Assembly (NCBI GenBank): GCA_047495785.1
Contig: JBLDXI010000020.1
Location: 2,976,001-3,040,000, forward strand
Length of the DNA stretch: 64,000 nt
From: Lepidodermella squamata
Lineage: Eukaryota > Animalia > Gastrotricha
Direction of reading: 5' to 3'
How positions within the stretch are numbered: position 1 is the first letter of the stretch; every line of letters starts with the position of its first letter. Made by a program: the position numbers and the translations under genes. Below the pieces are notes generated by a model. It saw only the letters and a program-made list of their open reading frames with translations. It made no database searches and had not been told where the DNA came from. Positions 36,621 to 47,813 of the stretch are shown here, one piece after another.

Positions 36621-39038
36621 TTAAGCAAAAATATTAGGAGCGGATAGCAGAATCGTCGATGTCGAAATGAGCGTAGAAAACAGAAAAACATAAAGGCAAA
36701 GCCGATCGACGACCATGGCAGCAAATTTCCAATCGGAGGCCTCTTCGTCCTTGGCCTCGTCTTCGCGTAATTTATTCGTTACAACTCGAATTTCGCGTAA
36801 AATTGCGGATAGTTCACTTCGAGCAGTGTTGTAAATTTGCTAGAAAAAAATACGAAAAATTGAATTTTCTCGGAAAATTCCAGAATTTTTACCGCGTGCA
36901 TTCTATCTTCAGCTCGTCTTTTCAGGGCTATTTCTTCCGAGATCGTTTTCACGCGATAATCCGATATCGATTTGACCGGCGTCAGTTGGAAATCGCTGGT
37001 TTGGAACGTATTGATAACACAGCGAATATCGTCGTCCAAATCGAGGACATTCGCCAGTAAACTGCGCGAACTTCGATCGTCGAGCAGCCGTTTGCGGCTT
37101 GCGATGAGGCCTTTTCGGGTCAAATCACGGCCTGGTCGCTGCATTCGAAGCAGCCAGGCCATCCATTGGCACAGGCCACGCTTCACCCACATTGGCATGA
37201 CGTGGGTTTCGGGCCGTCTCGAGTGGAAATTTAGTACAAGAACGGTGAAAATGACCGAAAGTGAACACATTAGCATAGTACAGGCGAAATAGATTCCTCA
37301 AAAAAAAACAGAAAAATTCGAAATAAAAAGTTCACATAATTTTAAAAAATTATTAAATATTCTGGAAAATGAATTTTTGAAATTCAAAATTTCAAAATTT
37401 CAAAAATTACTTAAAATTACCTATTAGTGGAATGGCATCACTCGTAGGAGGCATTGCTTCGGCGACCAGTAGCAAGAATACAGTAAGAGACAGCAGAATG
37501 GTCACGCCTGAGTGAGCAAGAATAAAATAATCGAAATTCCATGAAAAATTATAGTCACCGAGAGAAATTTTTTCTCCACTCTCGACAGGTAGTGTGAAGG
37601 AGAGAAGTGCAATGCTGGACCTAAATAGATGAAAGGGTTCGTGAGGAAAAGGTGTATTCTCATTTCGGAAAAAACAATACAAAATAACAGATGGAACGAT
37701 GAGGTTGAAAACGTAGTAAAGGCCGCGGCGTCGAATAATTATCACGTAAGCAACGTCGATCCACGGCACGATTTTCTCGGGCTCGTAATACTTGACGTTG
37801 CGCCTCGCTGGCATACCTTTGAAAAATCAATCATGCGTGAAATTAGGGAAAATCAGTGAGACATTTCTCATGCAAAAGGTGGAATAAAATCTAAATTTCA
37901 ATCCTTAATACCGAAACTAATTCTTTCGTGACTGACTGGCATTAGAAACGTGGCCACAGATAGCGACGTGAACAGGGTGGCTGGAGCGAAGAAATTTGTT
38001 GAAATAAATAGCTTTCCACGGCGAATATGAACGAAAAAGTGAGCCGATGGAAAGGCCATACCCGGGCAACACTCATAGACATAAGTCCGCATTTCAGCTG
38101 GCATTCCTTTAAATTCCCCGAAAAATCGTTCGTGCTATAACTTTGAAAATTCGAAAATTTAGAAAAATTCGTATTACCTAAGAGAGTCCATTCTCCATTT
38201 TTTATAAACGCGCTGATATCGCCAGAATCTCTCATCAAAGTTAGATTCAGTTTTGTGCCATCTAAAAATAAATTTTATAATTTTTGTTTATAAATTCAGG
38301 GGAAATAAACCGTAGGTCCAGCTTCCGAATTTCATTTCGCATTGTTGATCGTCGAAAGGGAACCATTGAATGTTGATGTTACACGTTGATTTGAACATGC
38401 CAGGTGGCACCCATTTCACCTGGCCAGATGAGTCTATAACAGCATGTGTCGGGAAAGTCGCGTCAAATTTCTCATCAGCCTGGGGGAAAATTCAGGAATT
38501 TTTACCAAAGGGCGCCAATTTTTTTTTCAATTTTACCGAATTGTACATAAGAACGTCCGGTCGCCAAATTTGAACAATAGGAATGTTTATAACTGTGATA
38601 TTATCAAAATCCCTCGGTTCCTGAAAAAAATAGAAAATTTTTAAATTAAAGTTTGTTGGTCAAATATTTTTACCCATGTAAAACGGTAATCGTACCAAAT
38701 TAAATTGAGCCAGACGTTAGAATTGATGACTATAAAACAAATTGAGTTTATAAAGTCTAAAGTCTATAAAGTCTAGTTTACCTTGGTACTTTTCGTCAAC
38801 ATCAATAATTTGTTGAAGAGTGAGGCCAAATTGAACTTCCAGGGCATCGTCATCATTAACAACGGGCCGTTCCAAAATTTCATAATTATTAAATAATTTT
38901 GCTAATAACGCCTTTTCAGCCGCTCCTTGCAGGGTGACTACAAATTAGGATAAGTACAATCGATTCAATTTATGAAAAATAATTCTTACCTTGAATTTGC
39001 TCGGCTGCAATTAAGAGCAAAATGGGGACCACCAGCAT
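36621..39038 (-). CDS. Nicotinic acetylcholine receptor subunit B, alpha7/ACR-16-like, with two alternative loop C/TM1 cassettes (alpha and non-alpha)
   Basis: Signal peptide [26 protein letters not shown], Cys-loop [17 protein letters not shown]2 [38 protein letters not shown]. Cassette 38106-37912 carries YECC; cassette 37816-37681 + 37620-37559 carries YYEPEK. Confidence 0.92.
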
Positions 39039-39858
39039 GCTCGGAATCGGGAAATTCGGTACTTTGTTGTCGGGTTTTATTATACTGAGTGATAAAAAAT
39101 CGAACGCGACTCAATAATATGGTGGTCAAAACTTGCCGGCGATAATTCAATCATCATCGCATAATTCGGAATCGGGCGATTTTTTTCGCCAAGTTTGATT
39201 GCATTATCAAGAGTATCGTTTCCTAATTCAGCTGGCGGGCCAAAAATAAACACGAATAACAAGTTAATCCGCCGATAAAAATCGCCTGCGAAAGAATAAG
39301 GGTTTTGTTATTATTTAAAACGGATTGCTTTTATGTATCTGTCATAGTAATAGTAACAATTCTGGGACTTGTTGTTTACGCAAGCGTAGAAGGAGCGGCA
39401 GTAAATAATGCGACAGCAGAAGATCGTCATTTTTCACGCGCTTCGTGAGACAAGCGACGCGCGATGCGGCAGTGAATAGAACCCGGCCGGATGCTCATTT
39501 ACGACACTTGGTCACGTTCTGGATTCCGACACCATTTAACAGGCCCTGATGATGATGGCAACATCAGGCTATAACCAAAACGAGACAGCAGCTAATCATT
39601 AGGACGACGAAAAAAAGCATTGTGCGCGCTAATTGGTAGTTATCATTTGACAAGTGTGCGCATTAAAATTAGGTCGCAACAGTGCGCGCAGTCAAATAAA
39701 AACTGGTATTTGCTATTTCGTGCTCTGAATTAGCGTAATTGGTAAACAATTACTTATCAAACAACGAATGGCTCTCGGGACGAGGATTACGCCAACATGA
39801 TACGCATTGGCTTTAAAAGTGATTGAAATTTGCCGAAAATTTTTCAAAAATTCTCAAA

Positions 39859-40212
39859 ATGGCTTCACCAACAGAAATCGAACAATTTCGTGCGGAAACA
39901 GTGTCGAAATTGGACGGCATTTTTCAATTTGTCAACCAATCTCGCAGTCCTGAATTGATGGCGAAAATGGCGCAGTGGATGAAGCGTATCAGCCAGGCGG
40001 TTGAAAACGGCGGGGCAGATTTGGCTGCTTATCGACGCGATGAAGAACAGCGTTACCTGGCCGAAGTTACGCAGTTGATTGATTCGATTGTTCGGAAGCA
40101 AACGCCACGTGACATGTACGAGCGGCACCCGGTTATGGCAGCGATGCTTTGCGGCCGGCTTCACAATTCGGCAATCGCCCGCAGCCGAGTGCCTAAGAAG
40201 TTCAGCCTTTGA
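39859..40212 (+). CDS. Hypothetical 117-aa helical protein
   Basis: AAAATGG start context, coding-like composition against AT-rich flanks, AATAAA downstream at ~40336. Confidence 0.5.
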   Translation: MASPTEIEQFRAETVSKLDGIFQFVNQSRSPELMAKMAQWMKRISQAVENGGADLAAYRRDEEQRYLAEVTQLIDSIVRKQTPRDMYERHPVMAAMLCGRLHNSAIARSRVPKKFSL

Positions 40213-41332
40213 ACTTTATCTGGAATATCTGTGAATTTATAGGACTAAAATCATCTTTGTTGCCATGGTTATTCATGTATACCGGTTACCATTTATCTCT
40301 TTCCAGGCGCTTTTTTGTCAAAGCAGTTTCCTTTCAATAAAACCCATGAAAAATGTTGTTCACACGATTTTCGAATCCTTTTAACGCTGTGCAATGTTTT
40401 ACCGTAGAAAGCTCTTATTGTGGACAAACCCATGTTTTCGGGTCTAGAAAATCAGGAGAAATTACACACAAAACTGAAATTTTCAGAAAATATTGCTTTC
40501 TAGAATTTCCAGAATGTTTACATTTTCCCTCAATTTTTTAAAACTCTAGTTGTAAGAATGAATTCTAATACTATGGTCCATAGGTCCATCTACTATTAGT
40601 CCCAAGAGAAAAACGCTGAGTTTCCTTTCGATGACATCTTTTTTTGACCAATCGATCGCCAGTGCGCGAAGTAGGATCCTCGAACTAGGGGGAACTTTCG
40701 GGCCCTAATTTCATGACCACGGTGTCCCCCCCTGCGGTTTTTTGGGGGTTTTCCACTTTGGCCCGCCGAACTGGAGGGTACACGACCGCCCTACAGCTTT
40801 TACGGCCACGCAAAGTTACTTTTTTTATACATTCGCTGAGAATATATGCTGAGAATAAGGTTTCCGGCATCTTGTCAGATCTGCGGCAGAAGAAGTCACC
40901 GCGTGAACCCGGTTTGCTCGGCAAATCCCGCTTTTGATATACCTCGGTACAAATCGCTGAAAAACATTCTACTGCTATAAATCAGCACGCAGTGCTTGAA
41001 AATAAACACGCCCTCAATTACCTGTCTGTTATTTGGCTGAAATGAGAGCAGCACCACCTGTTGAATGAAAAAAACTCATCATCACTCAAAAGCCGCAAAT
41101 ATAATGCGTTACATATATTTTTTTATTTCGAAAAAAAAATTAAATTCAATGCCAGGATTATTCCCAGTGCATTGCTTTTTTTACGCCGCTATTCAGGCGA
41201 CGCGAAAAAAAAAATTGAGGCAAGTTTTTTTGCAATGAAAGCAGCCCCACGCACTATTTACCACCTGTCGCCACAACACTCGGTAGGTTTTTTGTTTCAT
41301 CCATCCATCAAAAAAAGACGGCGATTTTTTTG

Positions 41333-44300
41333 TCACTGAATCGCGATTGAGGCGCGTCGGGCCGTAGCGAGCTGCTGAAAATGCGCCGCGTTGGCTATGC
41401 GATTGATGTCGCGCGCATCGAACGACAACGGCTTGAAAATGTCGTCGCGAATGTGCGCGCACATGACTTGTTCAGCCTTACTCAAATCATCGAAATACGC
41501 CTTTAAATTAAGGTCCAACAACTGGCGTGACGCGGCACCTGTTAGTAACACATCCACACCTAACCGTTGACCTTCAGTGTAAGAATACGCGTTAGCCAGG
41601 CGTTCTAAAACGTATTTCGAGAGTTGGCACGTGGTAACAGCCTTGCGAGATGCAACTCGCATTTCTGGGGTTATAGCCATCCAGTCCGGGATGTCGTGGC
41701 TGCTAAGCAGGCCCATGCTAAGGGCTGACGCGTTGATAACGCCGACGCCTTTTTCCTTGAAAAACGGCACGTACTCCGCGAGGCCTTGGTCGATTAACGT
41801 CAGCCGTGAGTGGCTGAGAATTGCGTCGATTTTCACCGGGCTTCGCTCGACGATTTCTTTCATTTTAGGCAGGTCGTACGACGTGACGCCAATGTATTTG
41901 CACACGCCTTTTTGGCGCATTTTGTCGAGGAATGGCAGCGTTTCGCTGAGGAGCGTTTCGATTGAACGTTCGGCGTAGTCGAAGTCGTGAACTTGTACGA
42001 GGTCGAGGTAGTTGGTTCGCAGTAGCTTCAGGCTGTTTTCAATGCTGGATTCGGCGCGTTGTGCGCGTAGGTCGAATGTTTTGAGAATATCCTGATTTGG
42101 ATACCTGCCAACCTAATGGAAAAAATTTTGAAACTTGAAATCAAGCAACGAAAAAAATGAGAATTTAAAATTAAAAAAAATAAAGAAAGAATGGAAAAAA
42201 TACTGCGTTATAAGAGTTGAGATTTCGATTTTTATTGAATACTCACAGGGGTTAAAAATAAAATAAAATAAATGAAAAATCAGGAAAAATCAAGGAATTT
42301 TTTATTTGTTACGAGTCTCTTCGATTTTTACCAAATTAATGAAGAGGAACCGGAATTTTCAAGCGCAAGTAAATTTTTGCTGATTTTTTAAACCAAGTAA
42401 TATTTTAACAGAATTTCTTTTAGCGGAACCAAATTTGACTGCTGTGAAACCTTAGATAAGCAAAAGGTCGCTTATACGAATATTTTTACGAAATTAAGGC
42501 AATGCATAAATTCTACAGTGAAGAATGCGTCTTATGCAGAATTTTACGCTGAATTAAATGATAATTTCTTTTATATTATTTTGATCAATCCTGAAATCCT
42601 ATTAAGTTTCAACAATAGAGAAAAAAATTTCGAATATTCACAAGGCCAAAAACCACTTGTTGAAACCATAGAGAAAAAGTGAGGTCATTTTTTTCTCTAT
42701 GGTTTCAACAAGGCCTTGTGATTATTCCAAAATTCGATGCCGCCAACAGGCAAATTTGGTTCCGCTAAAAGTAAGACCCATATATTAATACGCCTGAAAT
42801 TTGTGAATTTGGGTACAAAATATTCGATTTAAAATTTATGAAATAAGAATATATTCGGAAAAAAAATTTATTTACCGTAAAATCCGAAATAAGAGCGCAG
42901 GGGCTAATATTTTCAAAGCAACTGAAAACTGGGGGCTTAATACGGAAGAAGAGCAATTGTAGGCTGTGGTCACGTCGCTGAGTTCAACGGACCATTTCTT
43001 GGCGGACCACACTAATCACCTCTTATATCCTAATCATGGATACCATCGAAGTGTGCCACTTGAGTGCCAAGTGCGGCAAGGTGTGGCGCATCTAATGAGA
43101 TCAATTATGACCCAAAATGGCATTCCATCTTAATAGGGGGTTGCTGTAAACAGAGCGGTCCGCTAAACCTGGGTCCGCTGAGTTCCAAAAACCCTGGCTT
43201 TGTTGAACTCGGCGGACCCAATTTAGCGGACCGAATCAAGTTGTAGTACTTGGATGTTTGCAACCGCACGAGTGAGGCTAATTAGCTCAGGTGTGCATAG
43301 TAGGTCATTGGATGGCACTTTTCAGGGGGAATCGACTAATCCTATGGCACACCTCCAACCTAGTCCGAAAGACTGGTCCGCTAAAATTTGGTCCGTTGAA
43401 CTCAGCGACGTGCTGTGGTCTTATTTATTCAAATTATTAAAGATTCCAATGTTACAATTAAAATGATCAAACATTTGATAAATTTCAAATGTCTTATTCG
43501 TAAAGGTCGATGATAAAAGATAAAACTGAACATTGTTGGCTCTTCTGGGTACGGCGACAAAACAGCAACTTCGCGAAACAGCGAATGCGACAAAACAGCA
43601 AATTTTTTATTTCGCGACAGAACAGCGGAAACTTACTATGTAAAAGATGCATCGTGTTTCTGCTGTTATGTCGCAAGTTGAAAAAGTTGCTGTTTTGTCG
43701 CGTTTGCTGTTTTGGGTTTTGCTGATATGACGGTCTGCCTTTTTGGCATTCCAAATCCCGAAATTGGAACGCAATTGAACATTATAAGTCATGTGAGGTA
43801 TGCTAAAGTTTTATTTGTCCCCCGCGGTACTATTATAGGCCTGGGGGCTTATTCGTTCTGTCGTCGTAAAAACTGGGAGCTTAAATCGGAAGAGGTCTTA
43901 TTTAGGATTTCGCGGTATTCGAAACGCCCCAACCCAGTTTAATGTCAATAATCCAATTACATCAAATAATCTCAATTTATCAAATAATTATGAATCTCCG
44001 TGCGGCTGGATTGATTTTTCTGAATAAATCAAAATTAGAAAATTGCCACTAAATTTACTATACTTGTCCCCTGGGATTAGCTAATCATACCATGGATCGC
44101 GTTATTTTTCCCCTCGCAAATTCATACTTTTGCGTAATATTGCTTAATATTCCTCACCTTAGATGCGAGGAAAAATGTTGATCGATCGAAATTTTGCAGC
44201 GCCACGCCGAAAGTAGCCTCTGACTGATAGACCGGGGCCGTGTCAAAGTAGTTAATACCCAATTCATAAGCATGTCGGATGCAGTCGATTAGAACTTCCT

Positions 44301-44391
44301 TCTCCGCAGCGCTGTCATAAATAAATTGACCGCCGCCTAAACCAATCGACGATACCTTCCGGCCAGTTGAGCCAAATTCGACAGTTCTCAT
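41333..44391 (-). CDS. Aldo-keto reductase (L-galactose/D-arabinose dehydrogenase-like)
   Basis: Exons 44391-44158 and 42112-41333. GSTGRKVSSIGLG, GINYFDTAPVY, SE..FG.AL, LASKVG, YLDLVQVHD, GVCKYIGVTSY, GVINASALSMGLL; full D/Y/K/H tetrad. Confidence 0.9.
42418..42770. mobile_element. TIR element with internal palindrome in AKR intron
   Basis: TTTTAGCGGAACCAAATTTG / CAAATTTGGTTCCGCTAAAA inverted ends; internal hairpin TTGTTGAAACCATAGAGAAAAA...TTTTTCTCTATGGTTTCAACAA; related motifs at ~63340-63510. Confidence 0.6.
42971..43412. mobile_element. Non-autonomous DNA transposon with long TIRs and 7-9 bp TSD
   Basis: CACGTCGCTGAGTTCAACGGACCA / TGGTCCGTTGAACTCAGCGACGTG, flanked by direct repeat (G)CTGTGGT(C); TIR-like inverted pair repeated internally at ~43157-43232. 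Confidence 0.85.
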
Positions 44392-45150
44392 TTGTATGCA
44401 CACTCAAAATAAATCTGTAAAAATATTTTGTGCAGGGTTACTAAAACCGCCGTGCAAGCTAATAAGCTAGATTATGAAATAATGCAGACAATTAGCATTA
44501 AGGCCAGCAGATGTTTGAGTTGTAGTAAAAATACCAAGCCAGTCAATTAGTAATTTTCGCGATAACTTTTTACACGCTCACTCGGTGTAAGTGCCTCTTC
44601 TTCTTCTTGCGCATAGTATTCAGGGTATATTATCAAGCATGCCTGTTATTTTTTAGCTAGGCAAATATCAACGCTTACTGAATACATATTAATGTGCTAT
44701 AATACTCGACACAAGCACATTTTAATTAGCAAGTGTGTTATATATATATTACAAGCCGCGGTCAAACAAAAGGCAAAAATCTCAAGGCCAAGCGACGCCT
44801 GTCCTTAACAAGGACAAAAAAACAGATAAGATATTATGACTGCTGTACACACCTTATCAACAGAAATTATTCAAAGCCTCGAGCGTTGCCGAAAGATATT
44901 TTTATTGGCTTAAACTAGGTCGAGAGAATTCAGACGAAAACAAATCTTAACAAATGTGCATATAAATTTGACAATTAAAAGCAGAATAAATTCGAAGACC
45001 GTTTTTGCTAATTATCACATTGAGTAAGGAATATCTCAGGTTTTTAGAAGCTAATTGCATCGCTGCGTAAAAATTGTGATTTGTTAGTCGTTATTTTTTT
45101 CTGTTAATGAAAGAAGACTTCGATTTTTTCCATCGCCACGCTTTTTGGCA

Positions 45151-47365
45151 TCAATATCGCTTGCTCGATCGCGTGCCAGTGTTGAATATATCGTTGATCT
45201 GCCAAAAATGCCAAAAATTGGAATAAAAACAACGAACAAAGAAATTATCTTACGCTACTTGCTGAACTTGTTCTGGAAATTTCAGGGTGTTGCTGCTGAG
45301 ATTGAAATTCGCGTTCTTGCTGCTCTAGTAGCTGTTTGATCGATTGTCGAGGAGCTTTTTGCCGTTTCGAAGAGCTATTGTTCGAATTTTTCGGCTCGGA
45401 TTCTGTAAGCCAAGGCCGCGTATTCCCGGCGAATTCAGCGGTATTCGACGGCGAGAGGTCTTCTTCTTGATGTGATTGATACTTAGCCTTTTCTTTCACT
45501 GGTTTGCCTGTTGAGCTTTGTCGAGTTAATAAAGAACTCTTATTTCCATTATTGGCCGAAAAAACTTCTGAAAAGAGGCAAAATGTATGCGAACCTCAAA
45601 AATTTCGAAAGAAATTTACCGTCGAATTTATTTGATAGTTCGACAGTCGGAGACATCGGAGTGGAATTCGGCTCGTCCCAAGCCGGTTTCGCACTGTGAC
45701 GCCGAAAGTCGCTTCTCGAGAAAATTTCAGGAGCCGCTAACTTATTTTTCGGATTTTTCATTAAAGCAGCTTTCGTGTCATTCAGCTCTTCCACTTGTTC
45801 AGGTTCGGCGTAATTTGCACTCGGCTCGTCGTTGTAAAAGACAACAGTTAGCTTTTTCGAGCCTTTACGTTTCGTTTTGTGGATATTTTCGTCCATTTGA
45901 TCGACGATATCTTCCGGCTCAGTGTTTATCGTTTTCATGTATGCTGAAATTCCAAAGTCTTTCTTCTTCGATCGCGACAGCATTCGCTCAACCTCACTTT
46001 CTACGTGCGATTTTTCCAACTCAGGCTCCGTGTAGTATTCGTTTCCGTTAACTGAGTCAATGTATTTGTTAAATTCCTCGCGATGCCTTCGTTTCTGCTC
46101 CCGAATGAGGAGCTTCTTTTTTCGACCAGGGGCAGCAACTGCAACTGGTTCAGGCTCAGGTTCAGGCTCTGCAGCGGGGGTATATGGTGCGATTTTATGA
46201 TGACCCTCAATCTTGTGCGCTTTTGGAGGAGGGGGTGGAGGATGTGTAGGAGCTGAAACCGATTCGGAAACAGGTAAATGTCGCCGTTCTTTGGAGCCTA
46301 CCGACCGAACAGGAGCGGCGTATGACGGTTGAGGAGATTGCTGCCTTGGCTTTGCGCTAACACTTTGCTTCAAGTAAACAACTCCACGAGGATCGGGCGA
46401 GTCCTCAAACGATACATTGTGACCTTCGAGTGACATGTTGTGAATAGACCTGCGATTTGGAATGGAAACTGATGACTCTTTGGTAGCACCTCTAGGTTCA
46501 GTATTGGTAGTAAAGCTTGATCGCGCCCTTCCGTTTCGCGATAATTGCGACTTCGTTTCATCTGAAGAATATGTAAAGGGGTAAAAGGTTTGCCTGCAAT
46601 TAGCAAAATTACATGAACTTGGCGAATCTCCAAAGTCGACATCTTCCAAGTAGCCCTAGCATAAAGAAATACAAGTGACACACAGGCGAAAACAAAGGAT
46701 TCAATTTATTGCCTGTTGAACCGGCACCCTCATTTTCGCAGAAGATTTCGGCATTTTGTTGAAAAAGGATGCGGCGATTGAAGATTTCTTTGAGGACGCA
46801 ACGACCGAACTGTTCGTCTAGTTCAAAGTAAACGCGTCATTTTCAATAAATCCTTTAACACTAAATATTAAATAAAAAATGAACTGAAATGAAATGAAGG
46901 AGTGCGGGCGATGAAGACGGTGTAACTCAAGATAGAAAAAATAAAACTAAAAAACAAGAAGATCTTTGACGTATCGTCGATATCTCGTCGCTCACCTCGG
47001 AGGCATTCAAAGTCTCCGACAGATACTCTTTTGGATCCTCGGGCATATCTTTCAAGACTTTTTCCATCAGACCCTAATTATCTTTTGAATACATCAATCA
47101 GTGAACGATCAAAATAACAAACCTGAAAGAGAACATCGAGCTGATGCTCTTTTGCGTACTCAATTTTTTCATGCTTGCTAGACATTGTGTGTGTCCATGC
47201 AGTTCGATATAATCTTTAGCAATCGACGGGCATATAACTCATAGGAAAAATCATTCTCGGCACTAAGCCTACGACAGATCGAAACAGTCCCAAGGTTGAA
47301 TCACGCTGAATATTGATCCACGCAAAACGGATAAGGCATCACGCTCTGTTGAAAAGGATCATCCA
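45151..47365 (-). CDS. Low-complexity protein with N-terminal Dpy-30/RIIa-like docking-dimerisation motif
   Basis: Spliced KEHQLDVLFQ|GLMEKVLKDMPEDPKEYLSETL matches the D/D pattern; long Pro/Ser/Lys-rich exon 46649-45580; start exon uncertain. Confidence 0.5.
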
Positions 47366-47813
47366 TGGATCACCCACCGTGTCGCCAAGATATAGTAAAC
47401 ATATTAAAATTTCTTTTGTATGTTATATTTCAAGTATTATTAGAAACGAAATAATTGATGTGCATAATTAAATGTGATTATCTAATAACTCCAGGAAAAA
47501 TGAATTGCTAACACGTCGCGGATTCTCGGTGGTTCCTGAACTCTCCGGTTTGGTTTGAACTGATTACTGACTAACCCTTTATCTTTGTCATCTCCCGTCT
47601 CCCGTCTCCCGTTGCTCTTTGCCCCTCTTCTATGGCTTCATCTGTTGCTTGAAGGTTAAGGGATCGGGTGTATGGAATTTTTCTCGAAATAGCCATGTTC
47701 ACTCTTCTCTCTTCTGTTGAAACGAGAATTTTTTTAATGACTGCCTGAGTGTCTCGCGCTTGTATCAAGTTTAATATTTAATTCCTTCATTGATGATAAT
47801 TTAGAATTTTGTC

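Noticed and set aside
40685-40937. GC-richer block as ncRNA or Helitron (TC...CTAG on minus strand)
   Set aside because: Weak terminal hairpin, no recognisable RNA family motif, single copy in the window
43555-43725. Short spaced repeats resembling a CRISPR array
   Set aside because: Eukaryotic intron, irregular short spacers, inverted copies, no cas genes
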